Shown here one piece after another: positions 21,445 through 32,454 of a stretch of DNA of 64,000 bases. Source of the DNA: Opitutia bacterium (GTDB lineage Bacteria > Verrucomicrobiota > Verrucomicrobiia > Opitutales > Opitutaceae); contig CANJVR010000002.1 of NCBI GenBank assembly GCA_947478395.1, positions 800,001-864,000 on the forward strand, written 5' to 3'. Position 1 is the stretch's first letter. The number at the start of each line of letters is the position of its first letter. A model generated the notes under the pieces. It had not been told where the DNA came from. It made no database searches and saw nothing but the letters and a program-made list of their open reading frames with translations. Position numbers and translations under genes: made by a program.

Positions 21445-22172
21445 GCGAGGCCATCCCCGAACTTCCGGCCCGGCTCGGCTACGCCTTTCGCGATCCGGCG
21501 TTGCTCGCACGGGCGCTCACCCATCCCTCTTTCGCGGCGGAGAAACCGGGCCTGGAAAATAACCAGCGGCTTGAATTCCTCGGCGATGCTGTGCTGCAAA
21601 TCCTGCTCGCCGAGACGCTTTTTCACCTTTTTCCCACGGAACGTGAAGGCGTACTAAGCAAACGACGCTCGCTCCTGGTCAACCAAGGGTTCCTCGCCAC
21701 GCTCGCCCGGGAAATCGGTCTCGACGCGCTGCTGCGCCTCGCCGACGCCGAGGACAAGGCCGGCGGACGCCAGCGTGTGTCCGCGCTCGGCGACGCCTTC
21801 GAAGCCGTCGTCGGCGCCCTTTATCTCGACAGCGATCTCGCGACGACCCGCCGGGTGGTCCTGGATATTTACGGCGATTTAGCCGGACGCCTGGCGGCGA
21901 CCGAGGAAGGCGACAATCCGAAGGGCCGCTTACAGGAAAGAGTCCAGCCGTTGCACGGGAATCATGCCGTCCGCTACGAGGTGATTTCCACCGAAGGCGA
22001 AGACCACGCGCGCAGTTTTCACGTTGAAGTTTTTCTCCTGGAGCGTCCGCTCGGCCGGGGCCATGGCACGTCGAAGAAATTGGCCGAGGAAGCCGCCGCG
22101 CGGGCCGCGTTGGCCGCGTTGGGGCCGTCCGCGCCGCCACCTCCCCCGGAGGTCAGCTCGCTCGCGAACTGA
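21441..22172 (+). CDS. rnc: ribonuclease III
   Basis: ALTHPS, NNQRLEFLGDAVL signature, DAFEAVVGALYLD, dsRBD (NPKGRLQE...GTSKKLAEEAAA); ATG 21441 overlaps the permease stop (ATGA). Confidence 0.95.
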   Translation: MSEAIPELPARLGYAFRDPALLARALTHPSFAAEKPGLENNQRLEFLGDAVLQILLAETLFHLFPTEREGVLSKRRSLLVNQGFLATLAREIGLDALLRLADAEDKAGGRQRVSALGDAFEAVVGALYLDSDLATTRRVVLDIYGDLAGRLAATEEGDNPKGRLQERVQPLHGNHAVRYEVISTEGEDHARSFHVEVFLLERPLGRGHGTSKKLAEEAAARAALAALGPSAPPPPPEVSSLAN

Positions 22173-22247
22173 TCGCCACCGGGCACGGTGAAATGGCGGA
22201 AAACGCAGTTTGCCGTGCGGAGTTTCCTGAGTTCTGAATAACCTTTC

Positions 22248-25200
22248 ATGTCCGTCTCCGCACCTCGGCGCCTTAAGCTCACCGGTATTTGTCCCGCCGC
22301 GCGCGGGGCGGTACTCGCTGAGCTGACGCACGCGTATCCCGCGCCGGTGTGGCTGGTGGTGACCGACGAACTTAAGATCGCCGAGCAGCTCGCGGAAGAC
22401 GTCGCCTTTTTTCGCCACGCGGCGGTTGCCGCAGGAAATTCTTCCGCCCTCGCGGTGCACGTTTTTCCCGAGTCGATGCCCGACCACCGCGACATGCGCG
22501 AGGCTTTCGCCGCCTCGAGCGACCGGCTCGCGGTGCTTTCGAAATTGCGGGCGCTCCGCACGCCTTCCGGCACGCAGCTGCGCGCGGCCCACTCGCAGCT
22601 CCTGATTTTTTCGACGCCCGCCGCGCTGCTTCAACCCGTGCCGGCGCTCGAGGCGTTCGCGGCCCGCGAACTCACCCTCACGCGCGGCCAGCACCTGTCG
22701 TTCACCGGCCTTCTCGAACAACTGCGCGCTCTCGACTACGATTCCGAAGCCGTCTGCGAATCACCCGGCCATTACGCGATTCGCGGCGGTATCATCGATG
22801 TTTATCCCGTAACAGCGACGCAGCCCTACCGGCTCGATTTCTTCGGCGACGAGCTGGAGGAGATCCGGGCGTTCGATCCCGTTACGCAACGTTCCGGGGC
22901 AAAAATCGAGTCCATCGCCCTCGCGGCCTCCCCGCGGGTAAAACTCGATCCCGCCCAAACCGGTCTGGCCGACTATCTGCCCGCAGCGACGCACCTCGCG
23001 GTCGTCGAGCCGGTCGCGATCGAGGAATCTTTCAGCGCCCTCGCCCGCGAAGGTCGCGACGGACTGACCCCGCTCCTTCAGCAATGCTCCACGCACTTCG
23101 GCCTGTGCGATCTCGACGAAGCGAGCGCGCTTTTCGATCAGGCCGCCGATGAGCAAACGTGGGACACCGAGAGTCTCGCGCACCACCGGAGTTATCCCGA
23201 CAACGCGCTCGTCGCTCAGGAGCGGCTGCAAGTCGAGGCCGACGCCCGGCAACAGTTTCTCCATCAAATCGCGGCGTGGAAAAAATCGGGCTACGCCGTG
23301 GCCATCGTGGCGTCGAAGGAAGGCGAAGAGCAGCGCATCCGCGAAATTATCGCCGAGGACAGCGCACTGAAAAAACTGCAGCCGCTTTTTCTCCGCGGCG
23401 CACTCAACGAGGGCTTCCGCATCACGTATCGGGCCTCAACCCGAAACGCCAAACCCGAAACCCTGCAACTGGCCCCGAAGGGCGCCGGCCTTGTCGTCGT
23501 CACCGAAACCGAAATTTTCGGACGCCAGCGCGCACGCCGGGTCACCGGCACCGTCCGCGCCACGGCGCAACGCGCGCAAATCGACCAGTTGTTGGATTTC
23601 GCCGATCTCGTGGAGGGCGACTTCGTCGTTCACCTCCAGCACGGCATCGCGGTCTACCGCGGCCTCACCAAACTCGACACGGCGCAGGGCCTGCGCGAAG
23701 TCATCTCGCTTGAGTTCGACGATCAGGTGACGCTGCACGTCCCGCTGCAGGAATCCCATCTCATCAGCCGCTATGTCGGGCTCGGCAAAACGCGTCCACA
23801 GCTCGGCCGCATTGGCTCGGGTCGCTGGGAAAAGGCCCGGCAGGCGGCCGAACGCGCCACCATCGATCTCGCGGCCGAACTGCTCCGCATCCACGCCGAA
23901 CGCGAGGCCCAGCCCGGTCACGCCTTTCCGCCCGACACCACCTGGCAGAAAGAATTCGAGGCGTCGTTTCCGTTCACTGAAACGCGCGATCAATTGAAGG
24001 CCATCAACGACGCCAAGGCCGACATGGAACGCACCCGCCCGATGGACCGGCTCGTTTGCGGTGACGTGGGTTTCGGCAAAACGGAAGTAGCCATCCGCGC
24101 CGCGTTCAAAGCCGTCCAGGGAGGACGTCAGGTCGCGCTGCTCGTGCCGACAACGGTGCTCGCCCAGCAACATCTCAACACGTTCCGCGAGCGCATGGCC
24201 GGCTATCCGATCGCGGTCGAAATGGTCAGCCGATTCCGCTCGCGCGCGGAGCAGAAGAAAATCCTGGCGGCCGTCGCCGCCGGCCAGGTTGATATCCTCA
24301 TCGGCACACACCGGCTGCTCCAAGCCGATGTGAAGTTTCGCGATCTCGGCCTGGTCGTCTTCGACGAAGAGCAGCGTTTTGGCGTGAAGCACAAGGAGGT
24401 CTTCAAGCGCATGCGCGCAACCGTCGACGTCCTCTCGATGAGCGCCACGCCGATTCCGCGCACGTTGTACATGGCGCTCACCGGCGCGCGGGACCTGAGC
24501 GTGATCGAGACGGCTCCGACCAACCGTCATCCCATCCAAACCATCGTCAAAACCTACGACGAGCAGGTCGTCGTCGATGCGATCCGCCACGAGATCCGTC
24601 GCGGCGGCCAGGTGTTTTACCTGCACAATCGCGTGATGACGATCGAGCTGGTCGCCGCGCGTCTCCGTGAATTGCTGCCCGATCTCACGATCGGCGTGGG
24701 TCACGGGCAGATGGACGCCGACGAGCTGGAACGCGTGATGACCGACTTCGTCGCGGGAAAATTCCACGTGCTCATTTGCACCACGATCATCGAGAGCGGA
24801 CTCGATATCCCGAATTGTAACACGATCATCATCGAAGGCGCGGATCGTTTCGGACTCTCCCAACTCTACCAACTCCGCGGGCGCGTCGGTCGTTTCAAGC
24901 ATCAGGCGTACGCCTATCTGCTGCTGCACCGGCACACGAAACTCCTCGAAGTAGCGCGCCAGCGCCTGACGGCCATGCGGCAGCACAACCAGCTCGGCGC
25001 CGGTTTTCGCATCGCGATGCGCGACCTCGAATTGCGCGGAGCCGGCAATCTTCTCGGCTCCGAACAGAGCGGCCACATTATCGGCGTGGGCTTTGAACTC
25101 TATTGCCAGTTGCTCCGGCAATCCGTGGCCCGGCTGAAAGGCGACAAGACCGCCGCCGCGATCCGCGCGAGCGTAAAGCTCGATTTCGTTTTCGTCGGCG

Positions 25201-25676
25201 AAGGCGCGCCACGCGAGCGCGGCGACACGCGCAACCGGCACGGCGGCAGTTACACGGCCATCCGCGATGCCGAGGATGCGGCCAACGAAGGCCCGGGCGT
25301 TGCACCGATCCAAGCGCGCATCCCGCCCAACTACGTCAACGAAACCCGCCTGCGCATCGATTTCTACCGCAAACTGGCTCTCGCCGACACCGTGCCCGCG
25401 CTCAAACAGATCGAGTCCGATCTGCGCGACCGGTTCGGAAAATTCGCCGAGGAAGTACGCGCGCTGCTCATGCTGACGGAGATTCGGATCCGCGCGGAAC
25501 AAAAAGGCATTGTTTCCGTCGAAACCGAATCAAACCGCCTCAAGTGTCAGCGTAACAGCGGTCGCCACGACGATTGGGTGATGCACGGCACCCGGTTTCC
25601 ACGGTTGACCGCGACCGAGCCACTTCTACGGTTAAAAGAAGTAATCACGTTTTTGAACAATCTGCCGTCCCCATGA
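22248..25676 (+). CDS. mfd: transcription-repair coupling factor
   Basis: UvrB-like N-terminus, CarD/TRCF domain (GDFVVHLQHGI), CGDVGFGKTEVA, DEEQRFG, QLRGRVGR, RDLELRGAGNLLG. Confidence 0.97.
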   Translation: MSVSAPRRLKLTGICPAARGAVLAELTHAYPAPVWLVVTDELKIAEQLAEDVAFFRHAAVAAGNSSALAVHVFPESMPDHRDMREAFAASSDRLAVLSKLRALRTPSGTQLRAAHSQLLIFSTPAALLQPVPALEAFAARELTLTRGQHLSFTGLLEQLRALDYDSEAVCESPGHYAIRGGIIDVYPVTATQPYRLDFFGDELEEIRAFDPVTQRSGAKIESIALAASPRVKLDPAQTGLADYLPAATHLAVVEPVAIEESFSALAREGRDGLTPLLQQCSTHFGLCDLDEASALFDQAADEQTWDTESLAHHRSYPDNALVAQERLQVEADARQQFLHQIAAWKKSGYAVAIVASKEGEEQRIREIIAEDSALKKLQPLFLRGALNEGFRITYRASTRNAKPETLQLAPKGAGLVVVTETEIFGRQRARRVTGTVRATAQRAQIDQLLDFADLVEGDFVVHLQHGIAVYRGLTKLDTAQGLREVISLEFDDQVTLHVPLQESHLISRYVGLGKTRPQLGRIGSGRWEKARQAAERATIDLAAELLRIHAEREAQPGHAFPPDTTWQKEFEASFPFTETRDQLKAINDAKADMERTRPMDRLVCGDVGFGKTEVAIRAAFKAVQGGRQVALLVPTTVLAQQHLNTFRERMAGYPIAVEMVSRFRSRAEQKKILAAVAAGQVDILIGTHRLLQADVKFRDLGLVVFDEEQRFGVKHKEVFKRMRATVDVLSMSATPIPRTLYMALTGARDLSVIETAPTNRHPIQTIVKTYDEQVVVDAIRHEIRRGGQVFYLHNRVMTIELVAARLRELLPDLTIGVGHGQMDADELERVMTDFVAGKFHVLICTTIIESGLDIPNCNTIIIEGADRFGLSQLYQLRGRVGRFKHQAYAYLLLHRHTKLLEVARQRLTAMRQHNQLGAGFRIAMRDLELRGAGNLLGSEQSGHIIGVGFELYCQLLRQSVARLKGDKTAAAIRASVKLDFVFVGEGAPRERGDTRNRHGGSYTAIRDAEDAANEGPGVAPIQARIPPNYVNETRLRIDFYRKLALADTVPALKQIESDLRDRFGKFAEEVRALLMLTEIRIRAEQKGIVSVETESNRLKCQRNSGRHDDWVMHGTRFPRLTATEPLLRLKEVITFLNNLPSP
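23437..23471. repeat. heptamer tandem array (AAACCCG-type) inside mfd
   Basis: CAACCCG AAACGCC AAACCCG AAACCCT GCAACTG, the reverse complement of the GGGTTTY arrays at 26745 and 42338. Confidence 0.6.
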
Positions 25677-26722
25677 TGTCCACTCATCGTCGCTGTTTTG
25701 CGGTCTTCGCTCTTGCGCTCGCCGGCTCGGCCTTAGTTTCTGCGCAGCCTTTTGCCGCCCCCCTGGCGGCCCCCGCTCCTACTGGCGCCGTCAGCGACGG
25801 TTTGAACTCCCGCTTCGCCAACGGCATCGCCGCGATTGCGGAAGAAAAGGTGATTACGGTCGACGACGTCCGCCGTGAAATCGGTCAATACGCCGCGCAG
25901 ATCCAGCGCGAAGCCCGCAACGAAAAGGAGTTCAACGACAAGCTCGAAGCCCTGCAGGACAGCGTGATTCAAGACCTGATCGACAAAGTTTTAATCATCA
26001 AAGAATTCAAGAAAGAGAAGGACGGAAAGGAAGCCCGTCATATCCCGGAGAGCTTTATCGACAACAAGATCGCCGACATTTTGAGCGAGCAGTTCGACAA
26101 CGACCGTTCCAAGTTTCTCGCCTACCTGCGCTCACGCGGACAAACCATCCGCGAATTCCGCAAAGATCAGGAAGAAGACATCATTTACCGCTACATGACG
26201 GGACAGCAGCGGAAGTCACAAAGCTTGGTCAGCCCGGTCCGCATCGAAACATTCTACCGCGAAAACAAAGACCACTTCGTACAGGAAGACAGCGTGCATC
26301 TCCGGATGATTCAGCTCGCTAAAAACGACGATCTCACGACCGATGCGCAACTGGTCGCGAAGGCGAACGAGATCGCGGTGCGTTTCCGCGCCGGAACGAG
26401 TTTCGCGGATCTCGCCAAGGAATTCAGCGTGGGCACGACCCGGCTTAAAGGTGGCGAGAGCGGCTGGATGAACCGAACCAGTCTCAAAAAAGAATTCAGT
26501 GACCCACTATTTTTACTCAAAAAAGGTGATATCTCCGAGCCGCTTGTGACCGCCGATGGCTGCTTTCTCCTTTTTGCCGAGGACCGCAAGTACGCCGGCA
26601 CGCAGAGCATCGACGAAGTGCGCGATCAAATCGAACGCACCCTAGTTACCCAGATGGCGCGTTCGAACCAGGAACGCTGGCTCGAACGTCTGCGCCGCAA
26701 TGGGTACGTGAAGCATTATTGA
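25673..26722 (+). CDS. SurA/PrsA-like periplasmic parvulin peptidyl-prolyl isomerase/chaperone
   Basis: Signal peptide, SurA-N-like NGIAAIAEEKVITVDDV, parvulin SFADLAKEFS...GGESGW; ATG overlaps the mfd stop. Confidence 0.85.
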   Translation: MMSTHRRCFAVFALALAGSALVSAQPFAAPLAAPAPTGAVSDGLNSRFANGIAAIAEEKVITVDDVRREIGQYAAQIQREARNEKEFNDKLEALQDSVIQDLIDKVLIIKEFKKEKDGKEARHIPESFIDNKIADILSEQFDNDRSKFLAYLRSRGQTIREFRKDQEEDIIYRYMTGQQRKSQSLVSPVRIETFYRENKDHFVQEDSVHLRMIQLAKNDDLTTDAQLVAKANEIAVRFRAGTSFADLAKEFSVGTTRLKGGESGWMNRTSLKKEFSDPLFLLKKGDISEPLVTADGCFLLFAEDRKYAGTQSIDEVRDQIERTLVTQMARSNQERWLERLRRNGYVKHY

Positions 26723-26727
26723 GCGCG

Positions 26728-26760
26728 GCGTCGCGCGCGCGACGCGGTTCTGAGTTTTGG
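26728..26760 (+). terminator. possible intrinsic terminator after the surA-like gene
   Basis: Perfect palindrome GCGTCGCGCGCGCGACGC (26728-26745) followed by the T-rich heptamer array. Confidence 0.4.
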
Positions 26761-26807
26761 GTTTTGAGTTCTGGGTTTTGGGTTTTGGGTTTCTGACAAA
26801 CTCAACC
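26745..26807. repeat. heptamer tandem array (GGGTTTT/GAGTTYT) with short inverted tail
   Basis: CGGTTCT GAGTTTT GGGTTTT GAGTTCT GGGTTTT GGGTTTT GGGTTTC followed by AAACTCAACC. Confidence 0.9.
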
Positions 26808-26903
26808 ACGGCGCGGGGTCGGTCGGGTTATTTCCGCGCCGCGCCGATGATGACAGGCACCGCGCTGGCATCAGGAGACGCGCACGTTTTCACTCGACGA
26901 AGC

Positions 26904-27638
26904 ATGAGCGAAGGCGAGTCGTTTCCCGAACATCCCAACCGTCTCAAAACCATGGCGGTGGCAGAACGCCCGCAGGAGCGCCTCGAAAAATTCGGTTCGC
27001 AAGCACTCAGCGACACGGAGCTCCTCGCCCTATTGTTGCGCAGCGGTACGCGAGGACAGGACGTGCTCACGCTCGCCAGCCGGCTCATCGCCGAAGCAGG
27101 TTCGCTCGCCGGTTTGATCACGTGGCGGACCGCCGAATTTCGGGCGTTCAAAGGCATCGGTCCGGTGAAGGCGCTACAACTTGTAGCCGTCATGGAAATC
27201 GCGCGGCGTGTGCTCGGTCAGCCGGTGGGTGAGGCGCCGCTTCTGAATCGCTCCAGTCTAGTTGTCGCCTTCCTCCATCCCGTGGTGTTTGGGTTAGAGG
27301 TAGAAAAATTCTGGGTCCTGTGCCTCAACCGCCGCCAACGCTTGCTTAGCTTCGAGGAAATCACCTCCGGCATCGCGCACGGCACGCTCGCCCACCCGCG
27401 CGAGGTTTTTCGAACGGCGATCCGCAAGGCGGCGAGCGCGATTGTGTGCGTGCACAATCATCCCAGCGGCGATCCGATGCCGAGCGCCGCCGATATCGCG
27501 ATCACCCGTCAGCTCCGCGCAGCGGCGCAGACCGTGGATATTCCGCTGCACGATCACATCATCATCGGCCGCCCCGGCGCTGATCCAGCCGGCCGCGGCT
27601 ACTACAGCTTCGCCGAAGCGGGTTATTTAAAGGACTGA
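26904..27638 (+). CDS. radC: RadC/JAB-domain protein
   Basis: ERPQERL, LSDTELLALLL, HhH GIGPVKA, HPREVF, HNHPSGDPMPSAAD, DHIII; start ATG 26904. Confidence 0.93.
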   Translation: MSEGESFPEHPNRLKTMAVAERPQERLEKFGSQALSDTELLALLLRSGTRGQDVLTLASRLIAEAGSLAGLITWRTAEFRAFKGIGPVKALQLVAVMEIARRVLGQPVGEAPLLNRSSLVVAFLHPVVFGLEVEKFWVLCLNRRQRLLSFEEITSGIAHGTLAHPREVFRTAIRKAASAIVCVHNHPSGDPMPSAADIAITRQLRAAAQTVDIPLHDHIIIGRPGADPAGRGYYSFAEAGYLKD

Positions 27639-28054
27639 GCAATGCGCGGGATTTGTCGGGGCGGGAAACCCTGCTGCTGGACAACTTCTCCCCACCGCCG
27701 TTTGCATAAAAACCCCGCCCTTCCGCGCGCATAAATTCGCCATTTTGCCTGGCAGGCCAACCCTGCCCCTTGCGCACTGCGACGACGCAAGAAACCGTCG
27801 CGATGAGTGCGTTGCTTTAGTTCGTTTCCGACCCCGATCCCGGGATTTTCCAGGCGCGGACGTCAGCTACATTCTCCCTGAATCTCGCGCCCCAATCCCG
27901 TACGCCCCGCCCCGCTACTTCAGTGAAAAAGAAGCGCTTATGGAAAAACTATTCGCCTGACCCGTATTCATAAAAATTGCATCGTATACGCCACCGGTTC
28001 GTCTGACTCGCTGACGAACAAAACCCGTGTTTTCGTTTGTTTCCCCAATCTTGC

Positions 28055-29338
28055 ATGAACTCTCCCCTTACCACACCACCGCCGCCGGTTCCGCCTTCGT
28101 CGAAAACCACCGGTTGGTGGGTGTTCGCGGTCATCGTCGCGCTCGCGGCGGGCGGCTATTATTTCTACGCGAATAAAAAATCCGAGACCCCCGTGGTCGC
28201 GGCGCCGGCGCCCGGACGGGGCGGTGGCGGTGGCGGAGGACGCGGCGGACGTTTTGGCGGCGGCGGGCCGGTGCCCATTTCATCCGCGGTTGCGGCCGCC
28301 GGGGAATTACGGGTTTACCTCTCGGCGCTTGGCTCGGTCACCGCGCTTAATACGATCACGGTAAAAAGTCGCGCCGATGGTGAACTGAAGAAAATCCACT
28401 TCACCGAGGGCCAGCTCGTCAAAGCCGGCGACCTGCTCGCCGAGATCGATCCACGCTCCTATCAGGTCGCGCTGGAACAAGCGCAGGGCCAGCTCGCCCG
28501 CGACACGGCCCAGCTCGACAACGCGAAGCACGATCTCGAGCGTTATCAAAACGCCCGGGAAGCGGTTACCCAACAGCAGGTCGATGCCGTCGCTTCCCAA
28601 GTGGCGCAGTACGCCGGCGCCGTGCGGGCCGACCAGGGCTCGGTCGCCAACTATCAACTTCAACTCAGCTACTGCCGTGTCACCGCGCCGATCGCCGGCC
28701 GCGTGGGCCTGCGTCTGGTGGATCAGGGCAACTTAGTCCGCTCGGGCGATCAGTCGGGCATCGTCGTGATTGCACAGGAAGAGCCCATCGCGGTGGTGTT
28801 CAGTATTCCGGAGGACAATCTGCCCCAAATCCGCCAGGCCCTGGCCAAGGGCGAAGAACTCGCCGTCGAGGCCTACGATCGCAGCCTGCAAACCAAACTC
28901 GCGCAGGGAAAACTTGTGGCCGTCGACAATCAAATCGATGCCGCCACGGGCACGGTTAAATTGAAAGCGACCTTCGCGAATGAAGACCACGGGTTGTTTC
29001 CAAATCAGTTCGTGAACGTCCGCATGCTCACCGAGATCCAGCGGAACGTGGTTCTCGTTCCGAATTCCGCGGTCCAGATCGGCGCGGCCTCGCGCTTTGT
29101 CTTTATCACCAAAGCGGACGACACCGTCGAGCGCCGCAACGTGACTATCGGCCGCACCGAAGGCGAAAAGACCGTGATTCTCACGGGCGTCGCCGTGGGC
29201 GACACCGTCGTCACCGAGGGCCTCGATCGCTTGCAAGACGGAGCCAAAGTCGCACCCCGGGTTGTGCCCACGGTGAAACCCGGCGCCGACGCCCGAGGCG
29301 AAGGCGCGCGGCGCGGCTCCCGCAAGACTCCGCAATGA
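28055..29338 (+). CDS. mdtA: RND efflux periplasmic adaptor subunit, MdtA/MuxA-like
   Basis: N-terminal [55 protein letters not shown] 28055. Confidence 0.9.
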   Translation: MNSPLTTPPPPVPPSSKTTGWWVFAVIVALAAGGYYFYANKKSETPVVAAPAPGRGGGGGGGRGGRFGGGGPVPISSAVAAAGELRVYLSALGSVTALNTITVKSRADGELKKIHFTEGQLVKAGDLLAEIDPRSYQVALEQAQGQLARDTAQLDNAKHDLERYQNAREAVTQQQVDAVASQVAQYAGAVRADQGSVANYQLQLSYCRVTAPIAGRVGLRLVDQGNLVRSGDQSGIVVIAQEEPIAVVFSIPEDNLPQIRQALAKGEELAVEAYDRSLQTKLAQGKLVAVDNQIDAATGTVKLKATFANEDHGLFPNQFVNVRMLTEIQRNVVLVPNSAVQIGAASRFVFITKADDTVERRNVTIGRTEGEKTVILTGVAVGDTVVTEGLDRLQDGAKVAPRVVPTVKPGADARGEGARRGSRKTPQ

Positions 29339-32300
29339 ACATCTCACGTCCGTTCATCGAGCGGCCGGTCGCCACGTCGCTCCTGATGGTGGCGCTGCTG
29401 CTGTCCGGCATCATTGCGTACCGCGTGTTGTCCATCTCGGCGCTGCCCGAGGTCGACTACCCGACCATTCAAATCACCGCGCTTTATCCGGGCGCGAGTC
29501 CGGAGGTCATGACGTCAGCCGTCACGGCGCCGCTCGAAAAACAATTCGGGCAAATGTCGGGATTGAGCCAGATGACGTCGGTGAGTTCCGGCGGCTCATC
29601 CGTGATCACGTTGCAGTTCGGTTTGGAAATCGCCCTCGATGTAGCCGAGCAGGAAGTACAGGCCGCGATCAACGCCTCCAACAGTTTCCTCCCGCGCGAT
29701 CTCCCGAGTCCGCCGACCTACAGCAAGGTCAACCCAGCCGACACGCCGATCATGACGCTGGCCATCACGTCCGACACGATGCCGTTGCCCAAGATCGAGG
29801 ATCTGGTCGACACCCGACTCGCGCAAAAAATCTCCCAAGTCTCCGGCGTCGGCCTCGTCAGCATTTCGGGCGGCCAGCGGCCCGCCGTGCGCATCCAAGT
29901 GAATCCGAACGCCCTCGCCGCGCTCGGCCTCGATCTCGAACAGGTGCGCAGCGCCATTTCTGCCGCCAACTCCAATTCGGCGAAGGGTAGTTTCGACGGC
30001 GCCACGCAGGCCTCAACGATCAACGCGAACGACCAGCTCAAGTCCTCCGAGGAATATAATCGCGTGATTATCGCCTATAAAAATGGCGCCGCGATCCGCC
30101 TCTCCGACGTCGCCGAAACCGTCGATGGCGCGGAAAACATGTACCTCGCGGCGTGGGCGAATCGCACGCCCGGTGTCATTCTCAACATCCAGCGCCAGCC
30201 GGGCGCCAACGTCATCCAGGTCGTCGACCGCATCAAGGCCTTGCTGCCCCAGCTCCAGGCCGCACTGCCCAATTCCGTCGAGGTTTCGCTGCTTACGGAT
30301 CGCACGACGACGATCCGTGCTTCGGTCGAGGACGTAGAATTCGAGCTCCTCCTGGCCATCGGGCTGGTGGTGATGGTGATCTTCATTTTTCTGCGCAACG
30401 TACCGGCGACGATCATTCCCGGCATCGCCGTGCCGCTCTCGCTGATCGGCACGTTCGGCGTGATGTACCTGGCCGGTTTTTCCATCAACAATCTCACGCT
30501 GATGGCGCTGACCATCGCCACGGGCTTCGTCGTCGACGACGCCATCGTGATGATCGAAAATATCTCGCGCTATATCGAAGAGGGAGAGGACCCGCTCACC
30601 GCCGCACTCAAGGGCTCCGAGCAGATTGGGTTCACCATCATCTCGCTGACGTTTTCGCTGATCGCCGTGTTGATTCCGCTGTTGTTCATGGCGGATGTCA
30701 TCGGCCGGTTGTTTCGCGAGTTCGCGATCACGCTCGCCGTCTCGATCCTGATCTCGGCGGTGATTTCCCTAACTCTCACGCCGATGATGTGCGCGAAGTT
30801 GCTCCGCCACGTGCCCGAGGAAAAGCAAAGTCGTTTCTATCATGCGAGCGGGCGTTTCTTCGACTCTATCATCGCCGCGTACGGCACGATGCTGCGCTGG
30901 GTGCTTGAACGCCAAAAGCTGACCCTGCTCGTCGCCCTCGGCACGGTCGTGCTCACCGGGCTGCTTTACGCCTGGATTCCTAAAGGATTTTTCCCGTCGC
31001 AGGACACCGGCGTGATTCAAGGCATCACCGAGGCGTCGCAGGACATCTCGTTCGGCGCGATGGGCGAACGCCAGCAGGCTTTGGCCGACGCCATCCTCCA
31101 GGATCCAGAAGTCGAAAGCCTTTCCTCGTTCATCGGTATCGATGGCACGAACTCGACCCTCAACAGCGGCCGCATTTCGATTAACTTGAAGCCGCTCGCC
31201 GACCGCCACGCACGCGCCCCGGAAATCATCCGGCGCCTGCAGCAAAGGGTGAGCTCTGTTCCCGGTATCACGCTCTACATGCAGCCGGTGCAGGACATCA
31301 GCATCGATACGACCGTGAGCCGCACGCAGTATCAGTTTGTGCTCCAAAGCACGTCGGGCACCGATCTCGCGACCTGGGTGCCGCAGTTGATGGACAAACT
31401 TTCCACCGTGCCCCAGCTCGCCGATCTCGCGAGCGACCTCCAGACGAACGGCCGGCAAGTCTACGTCGAAATCGACCGCAGCCTCGCGAGCCGCTATGGG
31501 ATTTCGACCACCGACATCAGTAACCTGCTCTACAGCGCGCTCGGCCAACGGTTGATCTCCACCATCTTCACCCAGTCGAACCAGTACCGCGTCGTGCTCG
31601 AGATCAAACCGGAATTCCGGCAAGGTCCGGCCTCGCTCGAAAACCTATATGTGAAAGCTTCGGACGGCACACCCGTGCGACTCTCCAGTCTCGCCCGCAT
31701 CGTGGAGCAATCCGCCCAACTGGCGATTTCCCGCTCGAGCCAGCTGCCAGCCACACGCATTTCGTTCAACCTCGCGCCCGGCGCCTCACTCGGCGAAGCG
31801 GTGGATGCGATCAAACTCGTCGAAAAGGAAATCGGCCTTCCGCTCTCGATCGACACGACCTTCCAAGGCGCGGCCAAGGCTTTCGAGACCGCGCTGGCCA
31901 ACGAACTCTGGCTGATTCTCGCGGCGATTGTGACCATGTACATCGTCCTCGGCGTGCTCTACGAGAGCTACATCCATCCGATCACGATTCTCTCCACCCT
32001 GCCCTCCGCCGGCGTGGGTGCGCTGCTCGCGTTGATGATGGCCCGCAGCGATCTCAACGTCATCGGCATCATTGGCATCATCCTCCTGATCGGCATCGTG
32101 AAGAAAAACGCGATCATGATGATCGACTTTGCCCTCGAAGCCGAACGCGTCCAAGGCCTCCCGCCACGCGAGGCCATCTATCAAGCCTGTCTCCTGCGCT
32201 TCCGGCCGATTCTCATGACCACCGCCGCCGCGCTTCTTGGTGCGCTCCCGCTCATGCTTGGTCACGGCATGGGCGCCGAACTCCGCCAACCTCTTGGCAT

Positions 32301-32454
32301 CACCATGGTCGGCGGATTGATGGTAAGCCAAGTGCTCACGCTCTTCACCACGCCGGTGATCTACCTTGCGTTTGACCGGTTCGCCGGCCGCTTCCGTCAG
32401 CCCGCCGCCGCGGCGACGGCCCATCTGCCCTCGCCCTCCGCGCCGCAAACGTGA
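29335..32454 (+). CDS. mdtB: RND efflux permease, MdtB/MuxB-like
   Basis: [59 protein letters not shown]. Confidence 0.92.
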   Translation: MNISRPFIERPVATSLLMVALLLSGIIAYRVLSISALPEVDYPTIQITALYPGASPEVMTSAVTAPLEKQFGQMSGLSQMTSVSSGGSSVITLQFGLEIALDVAEQEVQAAINASNSFLPRDLPSPPTYSKVNPADTPIMTLAITSDTMPLPKIEDLVDTRLAQKISQVSGVGLVSISGGQRPAVRIQVNPNALAALGLDLEQVRSAISAANSNSAKGSFDGATQASTINANDQLKSSEEYNRVIIAYKNGAAIRLSDVAETVDGAENMYLAAWANRTPGVILNIQRQPGANVIQVVDRIKALLPQLQAALPNSVEVSLLTDRTTTIRASVEDVEFELLLAIGLVVMVIFIFLRNVPATIIPGIAVPLSLIGTFGVMYLAGFSINNLTLMALTIATGFVVDDAIVMIENISRYIEEGEDPLTAALKGSEQIGFTIISLTFSLIAVLIPLLFMADVIGRLFREFAITLAVSILISAVISLTLTPMMCAKLLRHVPEEKQSRFYHASGRFFDSIIAAYGTMLRWVLERQKLTLLVALGTVVLTGLLYAWIPKGFFPSQDTGVIQGITEASQDISFGAMGERQQALADAILQDPEVESLSSFIGIDGTNSTLNSGRISINLKPLADRHARAPEIIRRLQQRVSSVPGITLYMQPVQDISIDTTVSRTQYQFVLQSTSGTDLATWVPQLMDKLSTVPQLADLASDLQTNGRQVYVEIDRSLASRYGISTTDISNLLYSALGQRLISTIFTQSNQYRVVLEIKPEFRQGPASLENLYVKASDGTPVRLSSLARIVEQSAQLAISRSSQLPATRISFNLAPGASLGEAVDAIKLVEKEIGLPLSIDTTFQGAAKAFETALANELWLILAAIVTMYIVLGVLYESYIHPITILSTLPSAGVGALLALMMARSDLNVIGIIGIILLIGIVKKNAIMMIDFALEAERVQGLPPREAIYQACLLRFRPILMTTAAALLGALPLMLGHGMGAELRQPLGITMVGGLMVSQVLTLFTTPVIYLAFDRFAGRFRQPAAAATAHLPSPSAPQT

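Noticed and set aside
21559..21597. RNase III signature reads QRLEFLGD rather than ERLEFLGD
   Set aside because: The main catalytic acidic residues (E and D of LEFLGD, D and E of DAFEA) are intact, so it is probably a tolerated variant.
23436..25502. 688-aa antisense ORF, and similar long shadow ORFs (1545-2879, 41264-42346, 53467-54594)
   Set aside because: They lie opposite well-supported genes, show no family motifs, and are expected in high-GC DNA with strong codon bias.
26745..26807. Heptamer arrays as CRISPR or telomere-like repeats
   Set aside because: No unique spacers, no 23-47 bp repeats and no cas genes; the position is internal on the chromosome.
27745..27960. 71-aa ORF, or MEKLFA mini-ORF, upstream of mdtA as a leader peptide
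   Set aside because: TTG start, no motif, no clear attenuator; cannot be supported from sequence alone.
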